64,000 nt of DNA from Lobosporangium transversale (lineage: Eukaryota), in assembly GCF_002105155.1 (NCBI RefSeq), contig NW_019028988.1:1-64000 (forward strand), written 5' to 3'. Positions 1-13,670 of this stretch are shown one piece after another. Every line of letters begins with the position of its first letter. Position 1 is the stretch's first letter. A model generated the notes under the pieces. The model was not told the origin of the DNA. It saw only the letters and a list, made by a program, of their open reading frames with translations, and searched no databases. Position numbers and translations under genes: made by a program.

Positions 1-40
1 TACGTGGCGGAAAATTCTATCTGATCAATTGAGAACTTAC

Positions 41-335
41 CAAAGAATGGTTCGATACGAGGAAGAAGAGCCTTCCATCTCAAATGTTGACGGTAGACTT
101 CGCCCATGTCGGCAACGTAGAACGCATTATCGACCTCGGCATCCTCCGTATTAGGATCAAAAGAGGCCAAACGGGCCTGGAGCATCTGCTCAACGGGTAG
201 CGTGTGAACCAAGGGCAGTTGTGCCTCACGAGCCATGTTGGCCTTGACACGAGACTTCAAGACCTCGACCAAAGTGGGCTGCACCAGTGTGGGGACCACC
301 TCGTACTCATCTTGCTGGAGGGAAATATCAATCAT
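41..335 (-). CDS. SPE1: Ornithine decarboxylase, first coding exon (gene continues past the left edge of the window)
   Basis: Manual translation from ATG at 335 gives MIDISLQQDEYEVVPTL...DNAFYVADMGEVYRQHLRWKALLPRIEPFF, followed by a GTAAGT donor at 40. AFYVADxGEVYRQHLRWKxxLPRIEPF is the N-terminal signature of eukaryotic ODC, just before the AVKCN PLP-lysine motif. Confidence 0.9.
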
Positions 336-630
336 CGGTTGGAAAAGAATTTGAGGCTGTAATAACAAGTATTTAGAAAGAAAGGTCGAAATCGAATGAC
401 TATGTTCTTTGAAAGTAGTGTTTTGAAACTATTTTTTTTTTTACTTTCTCAATAAGTGCCTGGACAGGGCTTTGAGAGAGTAGAAGGGATTAGGGACTTC
501 AAAAAAAAAAAAGCGACGGACGAGGGACTAGAAACGGAAGTGAGGCTTCCCAATAAGAGGCGACAAAATAATGTAAAAAGTTTGGAAGTGTGCTTCGTTT
601 GAAAGGTGTGCCTGAAGACAGAAGAGTAAT

Positions 631-816
631 TCAGACAAGACCTTGGTTCTCGGGAAGCCAGGGAGGCGATCGCCGAAAGAGAATGGACTTGATGTTACCG
701 TTGCGTAGCGCCGTGATGTTAATAGCAAACCGAAGTAAAACGGCCTGCCGGGGTGGGGAATGGGTGGAAGCCCGGGGGATCTCTTTTAAGGGAGAAAGGG
801 TTTTTGGGGGGTGTTT
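631..816 (-). promoter_or_regulatory. Non-AUG upstream ORF (uCC-like) with PPW motif in the ODC 5' leader
   Basis: A stop-to-stop frame reads ...EIPRASTHSPPRQAVLLRFAINITALRNGNIKSILFRRSPPWLPENQGLV*. It has no ATG; candidate near-cognate starts are ATC (780), ATT (723) and ACG (714, context ATC-ACG-G). PPW codons are at 658-666. Confidence 0.7.
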
Positions 817-1164
817 TTAAAAAAAAACGAAAAAGGACACTGGCAACAGAAAAGGTTGTGCTCTGTTCAGCAGCTTTTGAAGTCAAAGGGATGAACTGAC
901 TAGAAAAAGTGACAGTTGAAAGTGAATGCTTGTGTTGATCCTTTCTTTGCTTGGAAGGATTCTTGAGAATGGCTTTGTTAAAAAGGAAAAAAAAAAAAAA
1001 AAAAAAAAGAGGAAAAAAGAGAAGTGGATTGTTTTTTTTTTTTGCTTTGTTTTTGCTTTGCTTTGAAAGTGATTTGAGGTAAGGATGGGGTGTGTTACAG
1101 GATTGACTGTGAGTAGAAAAAAAAGAGTAAAAAATAAAAATCAAAAAAAAGTGGGAGCAAACGC

Positions 1165-1172
1165 CTTTTATA
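1165..1172 (-). promoter_or_regulatory. Putative TATA box of the ODC gene
   Basis: TATAAAAG on the minus strand, followed by a pyrimidine-rich, ATG-free stretch running to the ODC start codon. Confidence 0.45.
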
Positions 1173-1727
1173 TGCTGATGGATGGACACATGCTGGCAGG
1201 GGGATGAATGTATTGGAGTGGATGGAGGGATATCTATGCGACTATGCGATAATTTTTTGTTTATTTCGTTGAATCAAACGAATGCCTTGTTGACTTCTAA
1301 ACCCCGCAGTAACAGACTTTATTTCCTATTTTCTATCTTAAACATTCTTCCATCCATTCTGATCCATCATAGGTGCAATCAATCCCTTGGCCATCAAAAA
1401 CATCTTGGAGAAAGCAACAAAAAGGCCTCTTCCCTCCTTTCTGAGCATCGAACATTAGGGCAATAGGGATATCTGATATCTGATTCACCTCCACGTATCA
1501 CCTTGTACAAATAAAATAAACCACCGAAAGTAAAAAAACAGCTGTAGTTATAGCTAATCAACGAATCGAATCGCAATGATCTGAAGCATTTGACCTGCGT
1601 ACAAAGTTGTAAAAAAAACCCTCAGCAACTGAACTGTACCCAAGGCATGGCATGGGCTCGCTTTTTCTTTTTATTTATTTTAAAAAAGACTTGTCCTCTG
1701 GTTGGTCTACATGGCTCCAGAGTCCAG

Positions 1728-1769
<42 letters not shown>

Positions 1770-1950
1770 ATATCTAAACGCTTTGTTGAGGCAATTATTA
1801 ATTTCATGTGCAATGCTTCTTTCCCTCCACGTACACAGACATTTATATATCAGGCATCCGATGCGGAGTGTCAGTAATCTTTTAATACATCCCATCAACA
1901 CTACCAAAAACCATGTTTTACAAATATTTTCTTCCGCCGCACCATCAGCC

Positions 1951-1986
<36 letters not shown>

Positions 1987-3412
1987 CGCTTTTTGTACTT
2001 TGGGACTAATTCGTCTAATCTTGTCTACATCATAGGCACATTCAGTCAGCATCAATTCAAGAGCGTCTCTATCTTTTTATTATTATTATTATTATTATTT
2101 ATCTTATTATATCTTTCGTAATAAGAACGTGCCATAGGAGAACTCTTAGTTACTACTTCTCTTTTTTATTTTATTTTATTTTTACTTCAGGTGATTCACA
2201 GTACGAGCGTGCAACAATAGCAAGGAACCACATTAGAAAATAGAAAATAAATAAATAAAAAAGCCCTCATTGACATTTAATGCAAACACAGTTACTCACC
2301 CTGAGACTTGCAAGAGATCGAATAACGAATGAAAAATCACTTTTTTATTTTTACGCAAGGTGCAGGTGCAGAATTCTGCAGGTCGCAAAGACGGTCCCTT
2401 GTCCGATTTCACATTTAAAGTTTTTTCATTGTTTATGAAAAAAAATAAAAAAAATGAATTCAAAAGTCCTGAGCCACCAAACACAAAAAAAAAAAAAAAA
2501 AAAAAAAAGGGATTTCATCAACTTTGAAGGTCCCTTTTGTTCATCACCCCCGCAAACAAAATAACCAAAAAAGAAATAGAAACGCGCTTTTTTTTTTTTT
2601 TTTTTTTTTTTTTCACTCGGATCTCATGCATGTCGTTGCAGGTGATGATTAATTTTCCTCTCGTTGTTACAAGTATTCTTCCCACATGGATGTCAACATG
2701 GTGACAATAAAACAAAAGAAGCTCATGTAACATTTATACCTATTATAGACAAATCCGCGTCCTTTTTTTTTTTTGTCCTATGACAAGAACTATCTTGATT
2801 CATCAGGACAAATCCACCTTCCTGAAAGGTTATTTATCTAGGAGAAATAAAAGCTTTGTTTTCTGATGTTTCCTTGGGATATGCAAGAATACCAAAAAAA
2901 AAAAAAAAAAAAAAAAAAAAACACTCGATATTAGGCGAATAGCATGTCTGCATCATGTTTATCATGTTGACATGATAAGTCATGATGTTTAACTGAGAGG
3001 GAAAATAAAATAAAAATTTATAGACTTCCTTAACCTTGGGTTGATAACACGTAGAGAAGACGCGCCATTTCAACTTTTTTTGCTCTATTTGACGTGGAAT
3101 GCGCGTCATGCATGATATGTGTCATACTTTTATATCATCAAAACATTGTTTCTCCAACGGCTCATTTTGCATAAATGGCTAGCCTGGAAAAGCGCGAATT
3201 ACGAGATTACTTTCAAATACCCATCTAAACTGGCCACCCACGCAAAAAGCGCACGGACAACTGAGCATTCAAATCATAATATAAATGTAATTTAATAACA
3301 AGCTGGAGGCAGGTTTCAGTAGCTTTACACATGAATATTGTGTCTACAATGCAGTTTTTTCTTTTTTTTTTTGTTGAATGAACACAATAGCACCCATAGA
3401 CGTCTTCTTCCA

Positions 3413-6400
3413 TCACCAGCCAAGAATAGACATCAGAACATAACCAACGGTCACAATTGTTACGCACGCTACAACGCTAGAAGGAATGCCGACCTTCACA
3501 AAATCGATTGTGCCAAGGTAGCGTTGTCCCATCTCGTCCTCCATCATAATGGCGTTCATATTTGGGAAGCCTGATACCGGAAGGCCCATTGCCCCTGAAC
3601 ACATCAGCGCAGCTGCCTAATGGCCTCATCGTATTCAAATTAACAAAATTAATTTCAAAAAATAAAAATAAAAATCTTTTAAGAAATGAACCATCTCCTT
3701 AGGTTCAAGCAAGACACATACCATGACGAGTAAGCGCGGATGAGGATCAGGCAGAGTAGCGCCAACTTGCGCAACAATGGGAAGAATGATCAAGGCACCG
3801 ACTGTATGCGAGATAAATGTAGCTGCTACGAGGACCAACGATGCAAAGACGCAGCACACTTGGAACGTTGTCATATCACTAACATATTCTTGGACTTGGG
3901 CTGCAATCATATGCAATAGACCTGACGATTCGACAGCCTTTCCAAGCGCAATGCCTCCCATAGCAAGAATAATGACTGTCCACAAAAAATTGTTGAAATC
4001 TTCTTTGGTGAGGATGCCCGTTCCAAAGAATGCTAGAAGTGGAATAATCGCAATCAAGCCCATGTCACCAAAGAGCCATTCCAGACGATGCTCAAAGCAC
4101 CACAGGATGATTGTCAGCAGTGTGACAACGCAGACAAAGATTTGTGTCTTGGTAATAGGGTCCTTTGTGGAACGGATCGTGCTGATGGTGGGTGTGTTGG
4201 AAGATGGCTCGTATGTCCATAGCAAGATCGCTGCAACCGCAAGATCGCAAACCAGACACACAGGAAGCGCTATCAAAAACCACTCAAGCCAGCTCGGTGC
4301 AGGATCCATGTACTCGATAGCAATAATGTTCTGCGGCGAGCTAATAGGTGATGCCATTCCGCCTACATTAGAAGCGAGAGCGATCCCAAGAATAAGACAT
4401 TTTCCAAAAGAAGAACCAGGTGGTAAAGTACGTAGAATAGGCTATCGTTGTTTACAGAAAACAATAAAGTCAAATTACGTGGTATGTAATGCAATTCATG
4501 TCGACAGATTTATCTTCCTTTGCCTGTTACAAACCTGGATAAGAGAAAAACATAATACAGGAGCAGCAACATTGCTGATCCACATGCTTAGCACCGTAGC
4601 AACGAACATGTTGGCAAGGAGTACTGCACTAGGGCGAGTGCCCGCCTTAGACAAAACAACAGTTGCCATGGCTTTGGCGATGTGAAATTTACTCATGGCT
4701 GCCGCAATAGCAAATCCCCCAAGAAGCAGCATGACCACTGGCGAAAACATGAGCGAGAAAATCTTCTTTGCAGTAGCCTGTGTGCTCAAACGGGTATGAT
4801 CTGCATCATCAGTCCTCATAACACGGAGCATAACCACCAGTAATGGGATCAGAAGAGATGTGACGAACAGCGGCATAGCCTATAGGGATAGAAAACATGA
4901 ATGCTAAATGGATACACGTGAACATATAACTATGACATATTTTTGCCACAATTTTTTTTTCTCTTATATACCTCGGTAGCCCATAGGAGAGAAGCAAAGA
5001 TGAGGATAGCAAAGCAGTTTCTTTGTTCTGGCTCATCAAAGATATTGACATTCAAAAGCACGAAGAAAACAATGCAGCACAGCATCATCACAATCACATT
5101 GCGAGTCAGGAACAACGGCAGTTTGAAATCACCCAACAGTGTATGAAGGACAACAGGTCCTCGCTCAAGCTCAGAAGATGGGCGAACAGCAACTGCCTGG
5201 CTCTTTCGCTCTTGACTGATCATATCTCTCCAGATTGTATTGCGCTCCCAGACCATGTGTTCCTTCAGATGCATCCTTAACGATCGTTTCGCAACCTCTA
5301 CGTCACCATCCGCAAAAATTCTCGCATAGATTTCACAAACTCGATGGATCTGCTCCTGAAGTTTGGCCGTAGTTTCTGGCTTGAATGGATACGCCTGGAG
5401 TACAACCTGATTCATGTAAATGGTCCTCGTATTGTTATCCGAAATTTTGTCGAATTTCTTAAGAATCTTTGAAAATCCTGTGCAATTCAGCTTGACATAC
5501 GCCTGTAATTCAGAAAGGTTGACAAACATCTCGATACAATTATGTCGAAATCGCATTCGGTCTTCCTCCATCTCTGGTTCCAGCCACAGACCCTTCATAT
5601 CGTCGTCGTCATCATCATCATCGTCGTCGTCGTCATCATCGTGGCGGCTTCGATGATGCTGTTCCTGGTTCACTGCTGTGGCGTCAGAAGCCGATCCAAT
5701 AATGTGTCTTGTGGCCACGGAGGGTTCAGAGTTTGTATCGATGTCCGAGTCTCGATTAACTTCGGTATGTGCGGCTTGTGCTGCAGCATTCTGAATGGAT
5801 GCCTCATTTGCCAATGCTAATGCCGCATCGTAACTCCAGCTGCCAGATCGAGTCTGATTGTTTGATCGACGACTGGATCTGCTGTCACGACGAGACCTTG
5901 GCCGTTTGATACTACTTGCTGCCGTTGAGGACCTCCTGCGCGGGACGTACCCGCCATCGAAGTCTCTAGCTGCAAACGTGTGTTCAACGTTTTCTACATA
6001 CTGCACGTCCGATGCAAGAGCTTCAACAGCTGTATATAATTCACGCTCTTTTTTGTAGTAAAACGTTACGATCCGATCAAGCTCTTTATCAACCGCTGGT
6101 AGGAACATATTGTTGACATAGGCTTTTGCATTATTAGTGGTTGCAATTGCAGCAACTGGACGTCCTGGAGTTGAAGAGAGTAGCCGTGTAGTTTCATTAG
6201 GCTCCTGCTGTCGAAAACCATATTCGATATCGGCTTGATTAACCAGATCTTTCTCGATCTGATAGATGATTTTCTTTAGGTTCGAGTAACTATTCGGTCA
6301 TCAGTAGATTGTGAAGCCACGAAATGCATTTGCAATTAATGACATGGAGATTTGAAATGAACAGGAGCAAGCATGCTTCTGCTCCTTTATAAATACATGA

Positions 6401-6524
6401 AGTGCCTTTTAGAGACTTCCTGCTCATTGCTTCGTCATAAAATTAAATGATTGAAGACTTACGCAAGATAATAAGCAGCCCATTCGGGTACTACGTTGAA
6501 TTGAAGCTGATGAGAGAACTTCAT
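3413..6524 (-). CDS. SPX-domain low-affinity phosphate transporter (Pho87/Pho90/Pho91, SLC13/DASS family), multi-exon
   Basis: Exon 1 MKFSHQLQFNVVPEWAAYYLA splices to YSNLKKIIYQIEK (SPX start). Further motifs: LNCTGFSKILKKFDK (SPX), WERNTIWRDMI, SMWISNVAAPVLCFSLIQ, ASPISSPQNIIA and GLPVSGFPNMNAI. GT-AG introns join the ORF-track pieces. Confidence 0.92.
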
Positions 6525-8108
6525 CGGCACAGAATGGAATGATGGGCGCGAGGAATGTTACCGAGTAATGAATGAACAGTAAAAAAAAAAAAAAAGAAAA
6601 AAGGAGGAAGCACAAGACACTAAACACCCCAAAACGATCTCTTCACACGAACACACTGACTCTCCCGCACTACAAGCAAGAATAATGACTAGTTCTCCAT
6701 TTTTCCTTTTTCTGTGATAATCATTGCTCTTTTGTTACACGCTTTGCTTTCACCAAGAACTTTTAGGTTCGTTGCACTAGGGCCAACGGCTTCACCATGT
6801 GCGCAACAAGTCAGTCACTCTCACTAAATCCCTGTAGCTCCCTGTAGCCTTGCCTTTCACTAAACGGAGTTACGACGCGAACACAATGGTATCACAAAAA
6901 AAGTCACCCTTTCTCACAACTGCTTAATGTGGATAGAGGCAAGATCACATTTACGACGGTTGTCAATAAGCTCCAGATCAAAAACATTTAGAACTATCGT
7001 TCATTTGAAAGTCGAGCAAATGCCTGAATTATGACATTCTTAGTGAGCAAAGTCAAGCAATAACATTTCTTACTAATATTCCAGATCCTGATTTCGATCA
7101 ACGCAGGCGTATAGCAGAACCCATAAGCTGAACAAGATATAGTCTAACGATTCCACCTACTTCGTATTCTAAATCCTTGGCTACTTTTGACTTTATCCAT
7201 TCATGCTCTCAGACAAAGGTTGATACCATGCTCCACTAGTATAAGAAAACCTAACATTACTTATTGCTCGCTGATCCTGGGTCTCTAATGGTGCAAGTTT
7301 ACCAAAGGTATCGACATACATAATTAACTTCAGAGGATTTGGTTATTCCAAATGTGCTAAGGATTTAGTTATTTATTTTTGTTTGTTAGCGCACTATTGC
7401 AGTAATGCACTTGATGATCAAACTATATAGAGAGAAATATCGTTAGCTATTATCTATGGCAGATTATGTTGATTGTAGTAAACCACGCCGTGGATAGCTC
7501 GCGATGAGTTACCAACACTTAATTTTTTTTTCCTATTTAAAAATTAAGCATGTGGACAACACTTTCCAAATTTGACTACATGAAACTTTTTAGAAGTTTT
7601 ACCAATTGAATGAATGAATTATTCTTATGGGTTAAATATTTTTAATAATCAATCGCCAGGTGCATGATAGGGCTTTAATGGGTTACTGTTTACTTTTCTT
7701 CTTGCTTGAGTTAAGTCCTCACTGGGATCAAGGAAAATCCGTCATTCACAGAGTCCTAGAGGATAGGAATTGGGAAGGGGCTAACTTCTGCCTTATGAAT
7801 GCCCGAATAGGTTTGTTTGAGACCTTACTTCAACTTTTGTTAACGTCATGAAGCCATTTGCATGTTTCGGAAGTTCAATCTTCCAATAATAACATGCATC
7901 TTATGCAAGTAATCCCTTACTTTATTCTTGATACTTTCAAACGATTACGGTTAATGATCAAGGGCCAGACAAAGCAGAAAAAAGAAAAAAAACTGTTTTT
8001 TGAATGGGACATCAGTTTGACAGAGCTGGATAAACTTGTCCTCGTGGACATGATAGAGACAGACGAATTAGGCAATGGAAATGAGCCTTCAAATCACGGA
8101 TAAGGAAG

Positions 8109-8143
<35 letters not shown>

Positions 8144-9335
8144 GAAAAAAATTAATTGCGGCATTTTTTTTTTTTCTTTTGTTTTTATCCTAATCAGTGT
8201 ATCATCGACATTACAATCTTTCTACCCATTTTACACCAGACGAGGACCGTTCTGGGGGTCTGTGAATATTACATTTATGACTAAAACGTGATATAATGGA
8301 TTCCCCAGCACAATAATAAATTATTGCTTCAGTAAAGCTTCGGCTCTGTAAAAAAAAAAAAAAAAAAAAAAAGTAATACGACTTCCGTATTGAGAAGATC
8401 TTTATAGTTTATTTTTTTTTTCTTTAATGAACCAGTAACCAGACCATAGATGATGAGCTCATTGAGAGATTGAGAGATGTATGCTATATACTAGACCTAA
8501 CGTTTGCGGATCAATTTTTTTTTTAAAAAATATAAAAAGACAAAATATGGAGCTCTATAGGGCATTAATGTGCTTGCTTGTATGTCTTATTGGTATATCT
8601 ACATCTCAACTATTGGATAGTGGATTTGTTAATATGAGGGACATTTTAATTTACAGAGATATACATTTCATGTATGCTTTTTATACAAATATATGTATAT
8701 ATACTATTATATTTGTATAGATAAACATGTACATAGTTTTTCGTTTTAAGTGTATTACATGTTATATATGTGAGCTCATTTATTTTTGTCCGTCCTTGTC
8801 GAAATTTACCCATTCACTCCGCTTCTGCTCTCCCTCTTGTCTTCCCCTTTTTTTTACAATTCTCGGTAAAAACTACCCACCTTGGTCCAGATTAGTCCAA
8901 TTGGGTCAGTTGGACACTTACTCAAACACAAAAACAGCCCTCATCTGTCTCTCTTTGTCGAATTGTATGGTTATATTTATCCGCTCACTCATCCCTACCC
9001 TTACTTTATCTCTTTCTCAATCTCATCCCTTTCTCTCTTCTCTTTCACTCAATCTCTTCCACACCACTCCATCGAACACTCCCTGATTACAACGACTCGA
9101 CAACATTCTTCTCAGGTTAACGGACGAACTTTATTAAACACCCTCTTTCATTCTTGCATCTAACTCCCATTACTTTCAATCCTGGATTTTTTCTTCTTAT
9201 CCAACATCTCTCAACTTACTGTTCTGGTTTCCTTTCTATCAACTTACCCTCACAACTCGACCTGTACTTATACTACTTACCAGTCTATACAGTGACATCT
9301 AACAATAACACCAAAAACAAAAACAAAACAAAAAG

Positions 9336-9410
9336 ATGGTCAGATCATCATCCACACCCTACTGCTTTGTTAGTGGGAAGACCGACAAGTCCAAGATTGC
9401 CTCGTCGTAT

Positions 9411-9446
<36 letters not shown>

Positions 9447-11366
9447 CATTTGCGCATATTTTTATACACTAGTCTCCTCCCCAGTCAAACATACCGCCGG
9501 CTAAATGTGGATGCGTTCTGTTCTATCTTTTCTCGGCGCACCCAATGATAATAAATATTTATATTTATATACACAGCACAAATTACACCTTGCTGTATTC
9601 AAAAACATTTTACTGTTGTAAGGATTATGCTTGCTAACATCATCACGCCCCCATCACTGCCTTCATAATGGGTTCAATATCTCTTATTTAGATCCAAATA
9701 TGTACTCACCATTCGTCAACAGCCCCAGTATGCTAAGCTCTGTGGATCAAAGGAGCGTGATCGACGTCCTATCGATCCTCCACCTATTGTGCAGATCAAA
9801 CTGGCAGATCCCTCTTCGGACAAAAATAAAGACTACCTCCAGAGCCCCTACCTCTTCATGTGCTGCAATATTATCGATGCTGACAATGTCTCGGGCGAAA
9901 TCGTTGCACCTGCTCATAGAGTCTTAGCAGGCACTGTTGTCTCGTCACTTAACCGTCTCAAGGATGTTGATAACTCTGATGGTGGCTTTTTTGTCTTTGG
10001 TGACATGTCTGTTCGGGTAGAGGGCCGATTCCGCTTGCGATTTACACTTTTTGAGTTGATTGAAGGAGAAGTTGTTCATTTGATGACTACAGCCTCCAAT
10101 CCTTTTACTGTTTATCCAAGTAAAAAGTTCCCAGGCATGTCCGAGCCCACATTCTTGTCTAGATGCTTCTCGGATCAGGGTGTGCGTATCCGTATCCGTA
10201 AGGATCATCATGTCAAGCCCAAGAAGTCTTCTCAGAATCATGATGGCATGGATGGTTTAGTCATGCACAGCCCACCATCATCGTGTCATGAGGCTGAGCA
10301 CAGTGATGTAGACGCAGATGTACACCAGCCTGCGAAGAGATCCCGATCATCAACACATACTTACGACGACTCCGCGTACTCTTCACATGGCTATCCTCAG
10401 ATGCGTCACATGACCATTACTGCACGTCCCAAGCACTCGGATATCCCCTACACTTCCGAACCTCTGGATCGATTCTCACCGCCTTCGCCACAGTCATTTC
10501 AGATTCAAGACTCGAGTATTTCAAGACCGCGTCAAGATCCATATGTGTCGAAAGCACCAGAGGATGGATCACGATATTATGGGTACTATAGTAAAACTGA
10601 CAGGCCCTCATATCATGACACACAGTCATACTATCTTCATGAATACAGTCATGCTGGTTCATATCCATGTCCATATCCTTATCCTTATCCACATCATTCT
10701 CAGTCAAGCTGTCCTTCAGGCTATCCACAGCCACAGGAGCATCATTTACATATATATGCAGAGCAACAGCATCATCTCCGACAGATGCCATCATCGACCT
10801 CGCAAGACTATCACCACCTCTCCCACGAACGCGGCCGTTACTCTGAAGAATCACCTTCCAACGTCCACGCTCCGTCGCATCCAATGGGCGCTGCTCATTT
10901 GTCTTATTCCTCTTCCTCATCTGTAAATAATAACAATCGTCCTCTTCCTCTATCTGTGCATGCTGGTCGTCAAGAGCTCTCAGCCGAGCCGTTGAACGAC
11001 CAGCGCACAGCATCTAACGGCCATATCCACAATGATAACCACAGTCACGGCTACAGCAATTACAATTGTGGCCACGCGTATCACTGTCGCACGCCATCTA
11101 TGTCTTCACAGCATAGTGATGGCAATTTCTCTCCACCTCATCCGTTTTCTCCACCTGAACCTCAAATGGCTCGTGGCCAATCGCCACCGATGTCTCCTAC
11201 CTCAGCTTTGCCGTCGATCCTCCCTTCGTTGCCCAGGCCACATCTACATGCATACCCAGGCGAGAAGATCCAGCTGCCTCCTATTCATACGCTCTCAACA
11301 CACTCTCCAACATTGGCTCCTATTAGATCAAATGGTGGTGATCAGCACTATCACATACACTCATAG
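9336..11366 (+). CDS. Velvet-domain transcription factor (VosA/VelB-like), 2 exons
   Basis: After an intron (~9407-9691) the frame reads YVLTIRQQPQYAKLCGSKERDRRPIDPPPIVQI...LAGTVVSSLNRLKD...GFFVFGDMSVRVEGRFRLRFTLFE...PFTVYPSKKFPGMSEPTFLSRCFSDQGVRIRIR, a complete velvet domain, followed by a His/Pro/Ser-rich tail. Confidence 0.92.
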
Positions 11367-11562
11367 TTTCTTGACAAAATAAAAAACAAAATACTTTTAC
11401 ATTTTGTAATTTTATATTCAACTCAGATGTGTCAAGCAACTATACGCCAAACATTATCGATATTTTTTTTTTTTTGCAAATGATTACGGGCTCCCAAAGA
11501 TCCATAGATCAGGCTGTGTTCTGTTATGAAGAATAAGACTTTGACTCCGTACAAACGCCCTG

Positions 11563-11598
11563 TACGTGCCATCAAAGGGCCAATGAAATTTTGCCACA
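11563..11598 (+). promoter_or_regulatory. Candidate ER-stress elements: TACGTG (UPRE-2-like) and CCAAT-N9-CCACA (ERSE-like)
   Basis: TACGTG at 11563-11568 and CCAAT gaaattttg CCACA at 11580-11598, about 300 bp upstream of an ER J-protein gene. Confidence 0.4.
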
Positions 11599-11890
11599 CC
11601 CACGGCAACACCTTTTTTGCCTCTGTTAGGTTAAAAAGGATATTTTAGGATGCATTTCGTTATATCCTTCCTGTCTAATTCAAACACAAATCACAAACAA
11701 TTATTTAACTTCTCCCATGTAAAGTTACTGAAGCCCTTTCTTCACTACATATTCATTTCAACGACATCAATAACAACAACAACAACAACAGCAGCACCTA
11801 CCAGCAAGTAGACTATAATTATTCAGTCATTCACTCCAATTAAGGACTCTACACTCCACTCCACTTCACAACACACAAATCATTTCGACA

Positions 11891-13670
11891 ATGAGGCTTC
11901 ATCTCTTGTCTCTGTTACCCATTATTCTCTCAGTACATCAAGTCTGTGCAGAGGGACCGCAAACTACAAAGCAGTTCCTTGACCAGGCGTCCATCTACCT
12001 GGGCAAAGGCGAATATAATTTGGCTCTTCAGAGCTATGATGCTGCTATTGGTAAGGGGACTCGCTTGTTATTATTATTATTATTATTATTTCTTCTAAAG
12101 AGTTTTCTATCAGAAACTGATGAATTTTTTTTTTGCTTCAACTATCTATCAATAGATGGCGATCCTTCGAACTATCTTTCATATTTCAAGCGAGCAGCTA
12201 CCTATCTCACTCTCGGACGTAATAATCAAGCGCTTGCTGACTTTACAACTATCCTGAAGTTAAAGCCTGACTTCAGCCAAGCATTGTTGCAGCGTGGCAA
12301 GCTTTACACCAAATCTGGAGAGTTTACCAAAGCCAGGGAAGATCTAGAGCAGTATCTGAAGAGCAATCCTAGCGACACAGAGATTCCCGAGCTTTTACAT
12401 AACATCGATGAAGCTTCCAAAGCGTTGACGAAGGCAGAGGGTTTTTTCAAGAAAGGACAAATGAATGAATGTGTTCATATCTTGGGGTCAGCTATTTTGG
12501 TGGCACCTGTCTATATTCCCTTCAGGATGCAGAGAGCAGAATGTCATTTGGCTCGTGGGAAAGTTGAGGAGGCCGTCAATGACTTTAACAGAGCAACTCA
12601 TAACGCAGCATTGGATCCACAATTGATGCATCGTCTTTCGACTATGAGTTATTACTCTCTCTATATGCCTGAGCAGGCTCTGACACAGATCAAGCAATGT
12701 ATTTCGTTCGACCCTGAAAACAAATTGTGTAAGGCCTTGTTCCGAAAGCTCAAGACGACCGAGAAGGATATGGTTAAGCTTAATTCTGACCTACAAAAGG
12801 GACGCTGGACTGAGGTGATCAATAAGGCTGTTGGAAATGAAAAATCATTGGCTAAATCCGTCGAAACAGAGACAAAAGAAATGGAGCAGGCGAATAATGC
12901 TGTGGGTAAGATGCCCAAGAGACTTTTACTCAAGATCCACGCTGCTGCTTGTAAAGCATACTCTGAGGTAAATGCATATCTTTTTTTTTTTTTTTTTTTT
13001 TTTAACATATGTGCTATATCTTAATGATGTGAATAGCGAAAGCTAAAGCAGATTCTTTTTGTACTAAAATATAATGTATATTTTCCATTATCTTTTGTAG
13101 CGTAAAGAAGCGGTAGATGCACTCAAATGGTGCTCATCAGCAGTATTACTAGATGAATCTAATGTAGACGGGCTGGTCGGACGTGGAATGGCATATATGT
13201 TAAATGACAGTTTCGAGGAAGCTATCCGGGATTTCACAAAGGCGCAAGAGCTTGCTGGAGGGAATAATCAGAATATTCATGATAAACTGTCCAAGGCTCA
13301 ACGACTCTTGAGGCAATCTCAACATAAAGATTATTACAAGATTTTGGGTGTTCCCCGGAGTGCAACTCAAAAAGAGATCAAGAAAGCTTTCCGCAAGCAG
13401 GCCTTGCAGTGGCATCCTGATAGATATAGTGGTAATTTATCTCCAGAGCAAGTAGAGAAGAAGATGGCAGGCTTGAATGAGGCTTATGAAGTTTTGAGCG
13501 ATCCAGAATTGAGAGCACGGTTTGATAATGGTGACGATCCTAATGATCCACAGGGGCAACAGAACCCGTTCGCACAAGGTTTTGGTGGTAACCCATTCTT
13601 CTTCCAACAAGGTGGAAGCCCATTCGGTCAAGGTGGAAGTGGAGGATTCCAGTTCAACTTTCAATTTTAA
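11891..13670 (+). CDS. DNAJC3: ER-luminal TPR + J-domain co-chaperone (DNAJC3/P58IPK/Jem1 family), 3 exons
   Basis: Signal peptide, TPR repeats ([25 protein letters not shown]) and a C-terminal J domain DYYKILGV...WHPD...[25 protein letters not shown]. Introns at 12051-12155 and ~12968-13100. Confidence 0.92.

Noticed and set aside
528..1189. ORF-track entries 528-728, 590-820 and 719-1189 near ODC
   Set aside because: They are low-complexity or antisense frames through the leader; only the PPW-containing frame has a recognisable motif.
3777..4685. 302-aa plus-strand ORF, and similar antisense ORFs over other genes
   Set aside because: They are shadow ORFs opposite well-supported coding exons.
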